Source: a virus. Taken from it: DNA of 64,000 nucleotides. Shown piece by piece: positions 48,141-57,343 of this stretch. A program made the position numbers and the translations under genes. The notes beneath the pieces were generated by a model that was given only the letters and a program-made list of their open reading frames with translations, had not been told where the DNA came from and did not search any database. Within the stretch, counting starts at the first letter, position 1, and each line of letters starts with the position of its first letter. The stretch is from IMG/VR virus record IMGVR_UViG_3300028867_000005, positions 1-64,000 of that record. One strand, given 5' to 3'.

Positions 48141-49040
48141 ATGCAAGACCACGGTGCAGATAGCGGCTTTCTCAGCGTAACCGACATGCTCAAATCCACC
48201 CCCGTTATGGAGGGTGGTATCCGCTACGTCTACATCGAGGCCAGCAATGAGCACCTGGACTACCAGAACGAGGTCATTCTCGCTGAGGCCCTGGGCAACA
48301 GCGCTGACTACTATCTCAAATTTGGCAATCTGGACATCGACCACTTCACTCAGATTGGAGCCAAGCTCGGCATTCCAAACTACTCCTACTATGAAATTGG
48401 CCGGCCAGAAGAGGTCAAGGTAAAGGACGGCAAAACCTTCGTGAAGGGCCGTATCTTCACCGGCGAAGGCCCTGCAGCCGAACAGGCAAATGCCTTTTGG
48501 GCGTCCATCACCACTCTGAATCCTCCCCAGCGCTGGTATCCATCCGTTGGCGGCGTCGTCGAGGAACGGGAAGAAGGTATAGACCCTTCGACCAAAGCCA
48601 AGAGAGTGATCGTGCGCAAGGTGCGCTGGACAAACATAGGCTTCAGCAAGACCCCGGTGAACCTGAATGTCCCGTGCGTGGCCACAGTCCCGTTCGGTGT
48701 GCTGGCCAAATCGCTGATGGCCGGCTCCGCAAAACACTTCGGTATCGACCTGACCAAAGCGCTCGAGGCTGGCTACGGCACTGATTCAGCATCCCTTTCC
48801 GGCGGCGCAGCTCTGCGCAAACAGTCCCTGTATGGCAAGACAATCAACTACTGGGACTTCCGCGAGGGGTTAGCAAAAAATTTACGGGACAATAAAGTCG
48901 GACCTAATCCGGGCGCCGAAGACCTGTGTGGCCATGCGATGGCTACCTATGGTTTGTCCAAGGCAGATGCCGCGGAATATATCGAGCGGTTTATGGGCGA
49001 CCTGAAAACCGGAATGAAAAGCACACGGAGCAAGAAATGA
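48141..49040 (+). CDS. Prohead protease
   Basis: AS.E..D.QNE, G.LD.DH, PSVGG and TPVN motifs of herpes-fold phage maturation proteases; upstream of scaffold and capsid. Confidence 0.8.
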   Translation: MQDHGADSGFLSVTDMLKSTPVMEGGIRYVYIEASNEHLDYQNEVILAEALGNSADYYLKFGNLDIDHFTQIGAKLGIPNYSYYEIGRPEEVKVKDGKTFVKGRIFTGEGPAAEQANAFWASITTLNPPQRWYPSVGGVVEEREEGIDPSTKAKRVIVRKVRWTNIGFSKTPVNLNVPCVATVPFGVLAKSLMAGSAKHFGIDLTKALEAGYGTDSASLSGGAALRKQSLYGKTINYWDFREGLAKNLRDNKVGPNPGAEDLCGHAMATYGLSKADAAEYIERFMGDLKTGMKSTRSKK

Positions 49041-49756
49041 GCGAATTTACCAAGCTGCTGGGCGAGTTGAAGGCTGAAACTGAAGCCCTGACCAAGGCGC
49101 TCCCCTCCGGCGAAAGCAATGCCGAAGACAAGACCGTCGCCGCTGCTGCTGCCGATGGCGCCGCTACCAGTGCTGCCGCCGCCAAGCCTGGCGAGAAGCC
49201 CGGTGCCGAAGGCGATGAAAACCCTCCCTCTGCCACCGCCGATGGCGATGACGATGACCTCACCATGGGCAAGTCCATGCAGGCCATTATCGACGGCAAG
49301 ACCGTTGATGTGGTCGATGGTACTGAAATGGTCAAGGCTCTCAACTCCAAGGTGCTGGCTGCCCAGGCTGACCTGGTGGCTGTAATGCCTGTCCTTCAGG
49401 CCCAGGCCAATCTGCTCAAGGCGCAGAACGCCACCATCGCTACCCTGACCGGCCGCGTCGGCGATATGCAGAAGGCGCTGAATGCATACGCCAACGGCGG
49501 TGCTGGCCGTCGCACTGCGCTGACTTCCGCCGCTCCTGCTGCTGACGGTGGTGCTGCCGCTGCTGCCTCCAGTGGTGGCGTCGATATGACCAAGGCCCTG
49601 GGCGGCCTGTCGGGCAAGGATTTTCTGGCCAAGTCGCTGGATGCCATGAAGGCCGGCAAGATTTCCGGGGACCAGCTGCGTATGGCTGAAACCACCCTCA
49701 ATCATGGCCAGCCCATGAATCCCGAGTTCGTCAAGCTGGTGCTTGGCGCGAAGTAA
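49037..49756 (+). CDS. Scaffold-like protein
   Basis: Between protease and capsid; Ala/acidic-rich with a coiled coil; six K[AS][LM] motifs. Confidence 0.7.
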   Translation: MSEFTKLLGELKAETEALTKALPSGESNAEDKTVAAAAADGAATSAAAAKPGEKPGAEGDENPPSATADGDDDDLTMGKSMQAIIDGKTVDVVDGTEMVKALNSKVLAAQADLVAVMPVLQAQANLLKAQNATIATLTGRVGDMQKALNAYANGGAGRRTALTSAAPAADGGAAAAASSGGVDMTKALGGLSGKDFLAKSLDAMKAGKISGDQLRMAETTLNHGQPMNPEFVKLVLGAK

Positions 49757-49797
49757 GCGGTACTGGCAAACATTGCAATAACAGGAGTTTAAATAGC

Positions 49798-51279
49798 ATG
49801 AATCTGAATCCGGGCATCCTGCCCAACATTGCAGCCGGTACTTCCACTTCCGGCTCCATGGGCGCTTCCGATTTCGACGGTATCGCCTCGCTGTACAAGG
49901 CCCTGGAAGCAGGCTATGGCACGGACGTTTCCACCCTGACCGGCGGCGCAGCTCTGCGTATCCAGTCCCTGGAAATGACCATGCTGTCGACGATCCAGGA
50001 AAACAAGCATTTTGCCCTCTTCAATGAGCTGGCGAAGACCAACGCAACGGCGACCGTGGATGAATGGACTGAGCAGTCCAGCGTCGGCGGCTTCCTCGGT
50101 GGCTCGACCAACACTGAAACCGGCAACATCAACAACGCGCAGGGCGTGTACAACCGTCGTGTTGGCCTGGTCAAGTACCTGATGACTCGCCGTGAAGTGT
50201 CTTTCGTGACCACCCTGGGTAACAACCTGGTTGGCTCGGAAGCCGTGGAACAGCAGAATGGTGCTCTCCAGCTCCTGACCGATGCCGAGTTCCTGTCTTT
50301 TGAGGGTGACAGCAACACGGTCCCGACCGAGTATGACGGCATCCGTTCGCAGATTGTGAACGCTGTCAATGCTGGCACCATCGACGGTACCCACGTCGTG
50401 GATGCGCAGGCCACCAGCCTGAACAGCGTCACACTGATCAGCAAGGCGGCTGCCGAAATCGCCGCTTACGGCAACTTCGGTACCCCGACCCACCTGTTCA
50501 TGTCCCAGCTCTGCCAGTCCGATTTTGACACCGGCCTGGACCCGGCTTTCCGCGTCCCGCTGACCGACATGCCCAATGGCGGTATCTCCATCGGCTCCCC
50601 GGTGGTCGGTATCCGCACTTCCTGGGGTAACATCAAGACCGTCCCGGACGTTTTCGTCCGTGACGGTGAGCAGATGCTGCCGTTTGAGCTGTCCTTCCCG
50701 ACGATTGCTGCTGCCAACACCTTTGTGCCGGCTGGCGTGACTGTCGATGCCTCGGCCACCGATGCCTCCAGCATGTTTGCCGGCGTCAGTGTTGGCCTGT
50801 ACTACTGGTATGTTGTCGGCGTGAACAATGCCGGTCAGTCCACCGGTGTGATGACTGCGCAGACTGCTGTTGCTGCCGGCAAGAAAGTGACGCTGACCAT
50901 TTCCAAGTCGGTCGCCGGCACTGAAACCGGTTACGTTATCTACCGCAGCCGTGTCGGTGGCACGAATGCTCTGGCTGACCTGCGCCAGATCCCGGTGCGC
51001 ATCCCTGCCACTGGCGCCACCACGGTCTATACCGATTACAACCGTGATATCCCCGGCACCACCACGGCTTATGTGCTGAACATGAGCCCCGGTGCCAAGG
51101 CGATCACCTGGCGCCAGCTGCTGCCCATGCTGAAGTTCCCCCTGTATCCTACTCAGGCGGCTACCGTGCCATGGGCTCAGCTGCTGTTCGGGTACCTGCG
51201 TATCGGCAAGCTGAAGCATCATGTGGTGATCAAGAACGTGCTGCCGAATGGCGCACCGTGGCGTCCGTTCAACGTCTAA
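49798..51279 (+). CDS. Major capsid protein (SPO1/A511-like N-terminus)
   Basis: KALEAGYGTD..TLTGGAALR.QSL N-arm; F.GD......EYDGI; strong codon bias; AGGAG SD; terminator downstream. Confidence 0.9.
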   Translation: MNLNPGILPNIAAGTSTSGSMGASDFDGIASLYKALEAGYGTDVSTLTGGAALRIQSLEMTMLSTIQENKHFALFNELAKTNATATVDEWTEQSSVGGFLGGSTNTETGNINNAQGVYNRRVGLVKYLMTRREVSFVTTLGNNLVGSEAVEQQNGALQLLTDAEFLSFEGDSNTVPTEYDGIRSQIVNAVNAGTIDGTHVVDAQATSLNSVTLISKAAAEIAAYGNFGTPTHLFMSQLCQSDFDTGLDPAFRVPLTDMPNGGISIGSPVVGIRTSWGNIKTVPDVFVRDGEQMLPFELSFPTIAAANTFVPAGVTVDASATDASSMFAGVSVGLYYWYVVGVNNAGQSTGVMTAQTAVAAGKKVTLTISKSVAGTETGYVIYRSRVGGTNALADLRQIPVRIPATGATTVYTDYNRDIPGTTTAYVLNMSPGAKAITWRQLLPMLKFPLYPTQAATVPWAQLLFGYLRIGKLKHHVVIKNVLPNGAPWRPFNV

Positions 51280-51305
51280 ACCAAGGCGTTGTGATGTAGC
51301 CCGAC

Positions 51306-51329
51306 AAGAGGCCCTTCGGGGCCTCTTTT
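51306..51329 (+). terminator. Intrinsic terminator after the capsid gene
   Basis: AAGAGGCCC-TTCG-GGGCCTCTTTT. Confidence 0.9.
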
Positions 51330-51356
51330 CATAAATGATGATAATGGAGAGAGAAA

Positions 51357-51707
51357 ATGGCACAGGTCCGCCTGCGTTGCACCACACCGAATGCATCCCT
51401 GCTGATCAGCGGAATTGCGTTCACGGCTGCTACTGACGCCCTCGGTGGCGTCGTTTCCGGTCCCATCGAAGACACGGATGCCGCTTACTTCAAGGACATC
51501 CCAGGTTTTATCATCGAGCCGCCCAACGGCCCGGTAAAGAAAAAGCTTGTGCCGCCGGCTACCCCGGTCGCTCCGCCGGCTATTACGCCTCCGGCTGAGG
51601 GCGGTGAACAGCAGACCCTGCAGGTCGATGGTGGCGATGGCGCCGCCATTGATCAGGGTAACGCTGCTGATACCGGCGCCCCGGTCGCTGGAGCCGAAGG
51701 CCAGTAA
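51357..51707 (+). CDS. Hypothetical head-associated protein
   Basis: GGAGAG SD; follows the capsid gene. Confidence 0.6.
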   Translation: MAQVRLRCTTPNASLLISGIAFTAATDALGGVVSGPIEDTDAAYFKDIPGFIIEPPNGPVKKKLVPPATPVAPPAITPPAEGGEQQTLQVDGGDGAAIDQGNAADTGAPVAGAEGQ

Positions 51708-51773
51708 GATTTTGTTGGGTAGCCGTCCCCATCGCGGCTGCTCAACTCTGAATGATGGGTCTACAAGAAGGAA

Positions 51774-52025
51774 ATGATCATGCCTCTGATTACTATTGCA
51801 AACCCGCCCGGTCGTGACGTGATCCATGAGCTTGATCACAGCATGCCGGCCGCATTCCATGCTCAGCTCGGTCTGTTGCTCAAGACTATCGTGGCGCAGG
51901 TAAACGCCAACACCACAGCCATCAATGCTCTGGTGGCCAGTGTGAATGGCATCTGCGTGGCGCTGGATGCAGTGCCCGTCGCCGGCAGCTTCGTAGCTAC
52001 CTATGGCGACCTGACTGGCGTGTAA
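51774..52025 (+). CDS. Small virion protein (head fibre-like)
   Basis: AAGGA SD; amphipathic helix INALVASVN. Confidence 0.5.
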   Translation: MIMPLITIANPPGRDVIHELDHSMPAAFHAQLGLLLKTIVAQVNANTTAINALVASVNGICVALDAVPVAGSFVATYGDLTGV

Positions 52026-52078
52026 AAACAGCCGGCCTGAAAGTGGCCGGCCCCAATTCCATTCTCTTGGCGGCCATT

Positions 52079-52837
52079 ATGACGATTTTTACCAATATGG
52101 AAGTCGACGTAGCCAAGGTGAAGTCGCGCATCAATGGTGTGATTCTGGGGTATCTCGGCTGTATGCCGGCCGACGAGATTATCGAAGACGCACTTCTGGC
52201 TGCCGAAGGTGATGTAAAGCGCAAGCTTCGCGTCTTCCTCGAGCCCACATGGCTTATCCCTCCGTCTGATTTGGATAGCGTCCCCGCGCTTGATGAGGCC
52301 GGCACGGCTTATGAGCTGGAGCCAGGGTATGACTATGACCCGTCTTTCTTTGAAGGGGAGAAGTGGGGACTACTGGTGACCCGTCAGAACCGGATCATCC
52401 AGGTAACTGAGCTAAAATTTGTCTACCCACTGCCACTGACCACAGTTTGGTCGATCCCCATGGAGTGGCTGCGCATCGACAATAAGTATGGGCGCATCAA
52501 TCTAGTGCCTTCCACGGCAGCGTTCTCCGCGCCACTATCGGTCTACATAATGAATGTGCTGGGGGGTGGGCGCACCATTCCCCAGATGCTGCATTGCAAA
52601 TATCAGGCAGGCCTGAAAGATGTACGCAAGGACTGGCCCGACATTATATCGACCCTGTACCGCATGGCCATTCTGCGTATCCTGAATGACAATTTTGTGC
52701 CTCAGTCAGCATCTATCAGTGCCGACGGCCTCTCGCAGTCGCGTAGCCTGGACCTGAAGTCCTATGCAGATAGTATTGATACGACATTGGAGCGTATCCG
52801 ACAGGAACTCCACGGCGTGGTCATGGGGTTTGTATGA
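52079..52837 (+). CDS. Head-tail adaptor/neck protein
   Basis: Gene position; Y.AG and S.S.DGLSQS motifs. Confidence 0.65.
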   Translation: MTIFTNMEVDVAKVKSRINGVILGYLGCMPADEIIEDALLAAEGDVKRKLRVFLEPTWLIPPSDLDSVPALDEAGTAYELEPGYDYDPSFFEGEKWGLLVTRQNRIIQVTELKFVYPLPLTTVWSIPMEWLRIDNKYGRINLVPSTAAFSAPLSVYIMNVLGGGRTIPQMLHCKYQAGLKDVRKDWPDIISTLYRMAILRILNDNFVPQSASISADGLSQSRSLDLKSYADSIDTTLERIRQELHGVVMGFV

Positions 52838-53469
52838 ACCTGAGCCCGCAGGATTTCAATAATTTCCTGGACGGCATTGGGCAGGATTTTCAATGGCGCA
52901 AGTCCTATGCCTGTCCCTGCATCAACCAAGCTACCGGATCGCCTCGCGGTGACTGCCTTCAGTGCGACGGGAAGGGGCGCCTATGGGTGGCACCGGTGCC
53001 AGGTACGGCTGGCGTGGCAGGCCAGTCTGTGCAGCGCAAATGGGCAAACTTTGGGCAGTATGAGTTGGGTGATTGCGTGGTAGCAGTAGGGAGCAATTCC
53101 CCGCTTTACGGCATAGGCCAGTTTGACCGGGCGCTGATGCTGGATAGTAACGAAGAGTTTTCGCTCTCTTTAATCCGCGGTGCCCGCAATGAGCGCCTGC
53201 GCTTCCCGGTTATCTGCATTGACCGAGTATTCTGGCTGAATGATAGCCAGGACATTGTCGAGGGGGGTCTGCCTGAACTTGATGCTGACGGCAACCCTAC
53301 TTGGCCCGAAGGGGGCGCTCCACCGGATAAAACCCAGTATTCTATTTCTGGGCGCCGCCAGGTCGAGTATTACTGCTGGGGCCAGCTCCCCAGCACGCGC
53401 AATGAGCACCACGGCCTACGTCTGCCGATAAAGTGTGTACTCCGGCGTTTTGACCTGTTCGGCCGCTGA
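52834..53469 (+). CDS. Neck/head-closure protein
   Basis: CPC...C..C.G.G motif as in SPO1/Twort-type neck proteins; gene position. Confidence 0.6.
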   Translation: MNLSPQDFNNFLDGIGQDFQWRKSYACPCINQATGSPRGDCLQCDGKGRLWVAPVPGTAGVAGQSVQRKWANFGQYELGDCVVAVGSNSPLYGIGQFDRALMLDSNEEFSLSLIRGARNERLRFPVICIDRVFWLNDSQDIVEGGLPELDADGNPTWPEGGAPPDKTQYSISGRRQVEYYCWGQLPSTRNEHHGLRLPIKCVLRRFDLFGR

Positions 53470-54300
53470 GGTTATATCAATCTGCATAGCGGCTGAGAAT
53501 TCAGCTTCTGCCATCGGCCGTAAACTGTCTGTGAGCTTCTTGGCCAGGTGCAGTCCAGGCCGGGCCTTCACAATCCATCCCTTTGAGCCTTCCATCATAA
53601 TCCTGAACGTCAGGTAACTGCTGCTGGGCACCTTGCCGCCGGCTGTCGTGTCGAAGCGCACCATGCCCGCATATAGCCGCTTCGTAGCCTTTGACATGCG
53701 CTTGTCGGTCAGATGCAGGCGATCCCCCCAGTTGTAGACCTTTGATGCCACCATGAGCGTTTTTTTGGTGCCCGTATCGCTCATGAAGCGGGGCTGGCGC
53801 CGGGCAGGAGTCATGCCTGTGGTCGGTGACAGGTTCACGACCTGGCCGGCCGGGCGAAACGTATCACGTACCACTGTGGACGCATCCAGTCCCTTGGCAG
53901 CCGAATATACCGCAGAGGGCATGCTGTCGACGTTATGCCTCATTGGGATAACCAGGAACCGGCGCCCGTCTTTTGTCCTGCGGACCTTGGTGCTGGTGTT
54001 CAGCATCTTTTTCAAATCGTATGGCGGTCGGCCATTATCAATCTCGTAGGCATGCCTGTAGTCGCTCCAGATTTCGGCGCTGTAGTCGCCTGTCATCTTC
54101 CATTGCAGCGACTGCAGGTAGGCCGCTTTCTCTCCCTGCCATAGTGGGGCCTGCTGGACCAACTTGCTCCAGCCGGCATGCCCATATCTGGCTACATCAG
54201 CTACCGACTCGGAAAGATTGGCAAAAATAATCTTGCCGCTCGATGCCGGAAGCTCGAGCAGTTTTCCCATGTCAACGGTGATCTGGAAGTCAGTGGTCAT
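53416..54300 (-). CDS. Tail-completion/neck-type protein encoded on the opposite strand
   Basis: 294-aa basic ORF (G..PYDLK, G.RFL.IP.RH, YLTFR......GW) within the neck cluster; own promoter motif. Confidence 0.6.
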   Translation of the reverse strand: MTTDFQITVDMGKLLELPASSGKIIFANLSESVADVARYGHAGWSKLVQQAPLWQGEKAAYLQSLQWKMTGDYSAEIWSDYRHAYEIDNGRPPYDLKKMLNTSTKVRRTKDGRRFLVIPMRHNVDSMPSAVYSAAKGLDASTVVRDTFRPAGQVVNLSPTTGMTPARRQPRFMSDTGTKKTLMVASKVYNWGDRLHLTDKRMSKATKRLYAGMVRFDTTAGGKVPSSSYLTFRIMMEGSKGWIVKARPGLHLAKKLTDSLRPMAEAEFSAAMQIDITSAAEQVKTPEYTLYRQT

Positions 54301-54306
54301 GCCCTG

Positions 54307-54343
54307 ATGATAATGTCCCGGCCCCCTTTCGGGACACTAAGAT
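54307..54343. promoter_or_regulatory. Back-to-back pair of putative leaderless late promoters
   Basis: Minus strand: GGGAC-AT-TATCAT, 6 nt before ATG 54300. Plus strand: GGGAC-AC-TAAGAT, 7 nt before ATG 54351. Confidence 0.65.
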
Positions 54344-54350
54344 TGCCAAC

Positions 54351-55184
54351 ATGATAACGATGATTTTCGCGCTGGCCGTCGGTAATGCCCTGCGCATCAT
54401 GATGATGGTTCCTGCTGGCTCGCTCCGCTGGGTGGTTTTGCGTAGCACAACATCTGCATTTAGCGGCTGGAATGACCCATCAGCAGTGACCGTGTATGAC
54501 GGGGATGACTCATCGACGGTCTTGGATGTGACAGGCCTTGTAAATGGGACCGTCTATTACTACGGCATGTTTTATACCCTGGATGGTACCAGTTGGACGG
54601 CAAGCGCAATTGTGGCAGCCACACCAAACGCCATCTATACCGAGGCCTCATCGGATGTCCAGGAAGTCGTCAGGGAGCGGCTTCTGATCGGGCTTGCCAA
54701 TGAACTGCTGGCAGGCCGCGTCAAGAAAAAAGACGGTGAAATACAGGTGCTGAATGCGCCGCCGGTCTATGAAAATACCACTTTCCCTGTGGTTTCAGTG
54801 CACATGGACAGTGAAAGCCCCGTCAATCGCGCGATTGGTGAAGCCATTGGCGGTGAGTATGTGGATGCCGCAGGTAATGTTTTCGATGGTGAAGGCTGGT
54901 GGGTACGGGTCACACTGACCATTACCGCGTGGCTGTTGAATGGCGATGACCGCATTGATTTCCGTAAAGCCCTGCGGCGCTTGATCATCGCAAACCTGCC
55001 CGTATTCGATGATGCCGGCATGGTGGAAATTGAATTTTCGGCGCAAGACACAGAAGATTTTGAGTCTTTCGATTCGCCAATTTACATGAACAACTGCACG
55101 CTGACCTGCCTGGCTCCAGTCAACATCGTGCATGAAGTGCCCGCCATTACCGCGGTAAACGTAAACGTAATTTTTGAGGACTGA
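54351..55184 (+). CDS. Tail terminator-like protein with N-terminal FN3-like domain
   Basis: D.TGL.NGT.YYY FN3 signature; upstream of the sheath gene. Confidence 0.6.
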   Translation: MITMIFALAVGNALRIMMMVPAGSLRWVVLRSTTSAFSGWNDPSAVTVYDGDDSSTVLDVTGLVNGTVYYYGMFYTLDGTSWTASAIVAATPNAIYTEASSDVQEVVRERLLIGLANELLAGRVKKKDGEIQVLNAPPVYENTTFPVVSVHMDSESPVNRAIGEAIGGEYVDAAGNVFDGEGWWVRVTLTITAWLLNGDDRIDFRKALRRLIIANLPVFDDAGMVEIEFSAQDTEDFESFDSPIYMNNCTLTCLAPVNIVHEVPAITAVNVNVIFED

Positions 55185-55188
55185 GATC

Positions 55189-55581
55189 ATGCCTGAAGAT
55201 ACGAACAGCACCGGCGCCTCCGGCGCAGCTCCTGCACCGGCTCCTGCTGCCCAGGCTGCCCCGGCCCCTTCGGCGGCACCGGTAGCCACTGCTCCGGCAG
55301 CAAGCCCGGCTCAGGCGCCAGTGGCGCCAGCGGCACAGGTAGCGGTCGCGCCAGCGGTCAGCGTTGCCCCGCCTGCCATCACCTCGCCTACGCCTGTGGT
55401 TGATGCGCCTTCCCGCTTCCCGCTGTCGCTGGATCACTTCTGCACCAATCTGTCGAAGCGTGATCGCCGGGTGGAGCTGATCAGTGCCTTTCACTCGGAA
55501 GAAAAGCTGGCCGGCAAGGTCATGGATACCGATGCGGCTTTTCTTGAGCGCTTTGCAGCGTTCACGACCCGCAAGGTGTAA
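55189..55581 (+). CDS. Ala/Pro-rich small protein before the sheath gene
   Basis: GAGGA SD; low-complexity N-terminus with a folded C-terminal domain. Confidence 0.6.
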   Translation: MPEDTNSTGASGAAPAPAPAAQAAPAPSAAPVATAPAASPAQAPVAPAAQVAVAPAVSVAPPAITSPTPVVDAPSRFPLSLDHFCTNLSKRDRRVELISAFHSEEKLAGKVMDTDAAFLERFAAFTTRKV

Positions 55582-55617
55582 TGCGGCGCCCATATTGATT
55601 TTCAGGAGAATGCAGAC

Positions 55618-57327
55618 ATGCCAACCGGCGTATTTTTTAACGGTCGCCAGCTGACCACCCCGACCACGGCGAGTGCGGTAAATGACTCGGCCATGGCCAA
55701 CAAGAATTTGACCGTTGGCAATGTGGTCTGCCTCATCGGGCACTGCACCAGTGGTCAGCCGAAGGTCGCACTGAATTTTGGCGACCCCTCCACGGTAGCA
55801 GCCATTCTCGGCACCGGCGAGCTGGCGCAGGCTGTTATCAAGGCTTTCAACCCTTCCGATGAGTTGGAATCTCCGTCCTCGGTGATCGCTGTCCGTGTCG
55901 ACCCCGCCACGCAGGCAACGCTCAATCTTGGCCCGATCATTGTCAACTCGATTGATTATGGTCTGCGCGCCAATCAGGTGAAAATCAAGGTTGAGGCAGG
56001 CACGGACCTCGGTTTCCGCGTCACGACCCAGCTTGGCAATTCGTATACCGTTGGCGACGACATCAACTCCAAGGCGTTCAATATCCAGTTCGTCAATGGT
56101 GGCGACAGCGCCACCATGACGGTGAATGGAACCCATGTGATTTTGGCGACCAATGATGGATATACCACCACTACCACCACCATCGACCTGACCATTTATT
56201 CCACTGTGCAGGAGTTGGCGGATTATATTGGCACCATCACGGGTTGGACTTGCTCTGCCGTGGCAGGCGCTGAAAACAATCCAACCCTGGGCAGCCTGGA
56301 CCCGGTTACTAGCGAAAATGTCCTGGTGGCCTACACGGCGACCGCCAATGTCTGGGCCGTCCTCCAGTGGCTCAACTCGAGCGCCAGCCCGTTCGTTACC
56401 GGCGCCGTTGGCACTTATGGAACCCTCAGCTACAGCCCCTTCACTTACCTGACCGGTGGTACGCTGCCTTCGACTGATAACGGCGACTGGAGCGATTGCT
56501 TTGCCATGCTCCAGACCAAGGATGTGCAGTGGATTACCCCTCTGTCTTCGTCCCCCAGCATCTGGGCAATGACCGATGCGCATGTGCAGTACATGTCCTC
56601 TGTCGGGAAGCGTGAGCGCCGCGCGATTGTCGGTGACGCCATCGGTACCACGGATGCGGCGGCGGCTGCCGTTCCGGTCACCATTGGCAGCGACCGTACT
56701 TCGTATTGCCACCTGGGCTACTACGATTATGACTCCACCGGCAAGCTGGTCCTGCTGCCGCCCTATATGGCTGCTGCTGTTTACTCTGCTGCCTTTGCTG
56801 CTGCCGCCCCCGGCGTGGCGCTTACCAATGTCAGCATGACCTTCCGTGGCGTTGAGCGCGATCTGGTCGACCCGCTGGATACCGACCCGCTGATCAAAGC
56901 GGGCGTCTTCTGTATCCTGAACACTGATACCGGTTTCCGTGTGGCGCAGTCGATCAGTACCTGGCTGACCAACAACAACTACAACCGCGTGGAGCAGTCC
57001 ACCGGTGCTGCGGTTGACTTCGTGCAGCGCAACGTGCGCAACGCAGTGGAGCCCTATCGCGGCAAGGGCGGCTCCCCCGCCATCCTGGGCGCCATTGAAG
57101 CGGCTACTGAATCCGTCCTTCGCGCCTGCGCGGTGGCGGCCCCGAACGGCCCCGGCGTACTGGTTGGCGATGCTACCAATCCTGCCTACAAGAACATCAC
57201 TGTCGGTGTTGATGGTGATGTTTTCTCGATTCAGTACCAGGCCAGCCCGGTAATTCCGGGTAATTTCATCCTCTGCACGATGAATGCGGTGCCCTATGCT
57301 GGCAGCGTATCCCAGGCTGCGGGTTAA
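55618..57327 (+). CDS. Tail sheath protein
   Basis: 569 aa; N-terminal IG....G.P...F.......GEL pattern, LTGG, L..AGV and P.IP.NFI; precedes the tube gene. Confidence 0.88.
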   Translation: MPTGVFFNGRQLTTPTTASAVNDSAMANKNLTVGNVVCLIGHCTSGQPKVALNFGDPSTVAAILGTGELAQAVIKAFNPSDELESPSSVIAVRVDPATQATLNLGPIIVNSIDYGLRANQVKIKVEAGTDLGFRVTTQLGNSYTVGDDINSKAFNIQFVNGGDSATMTVNGTHVILATNDGYTTTTTTIDLTIYSTVQELADYIGTITGWTCSAVAGAENNPTLGSLDPVTSENVLVAYTATANVWAVLQWLNSSASPFVTGAVGTYGTLSYSPFTYLTGGTLPSTDNGDWSDCFAMLQTKDVQWITPLSSSPSIWAMTDAHVQYMSSVGKRERRAIVGDAIGTTDAAAAAVPVTIGSDRTSYCHLGYYDYDSTGKLVLLPPYMAAAVYSAAFAAAAPGVALTNVSMTFRGVERDLVDPLDTDPLIKAGVFCILNTDTGFRVAQSISTWLTNNNYNRVEQSTGAAVDFVQRNVRNAVEPYRGKGGSPAILGAIEAATESVLRACAVAAPNGPGVLVGDATNPAYKNITVGVDGDVFSIQYQASPVIPGNFILCTMNAVPYAGSVSQAAG

Positions 57328-57343
57328 TCAGGAGTAATAGGAC

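Noticed and set aside
51814-51826. Additional GTGAC motif
   Set aside because: Inside a coding region and not followed by YANNNT at the fixed spacing
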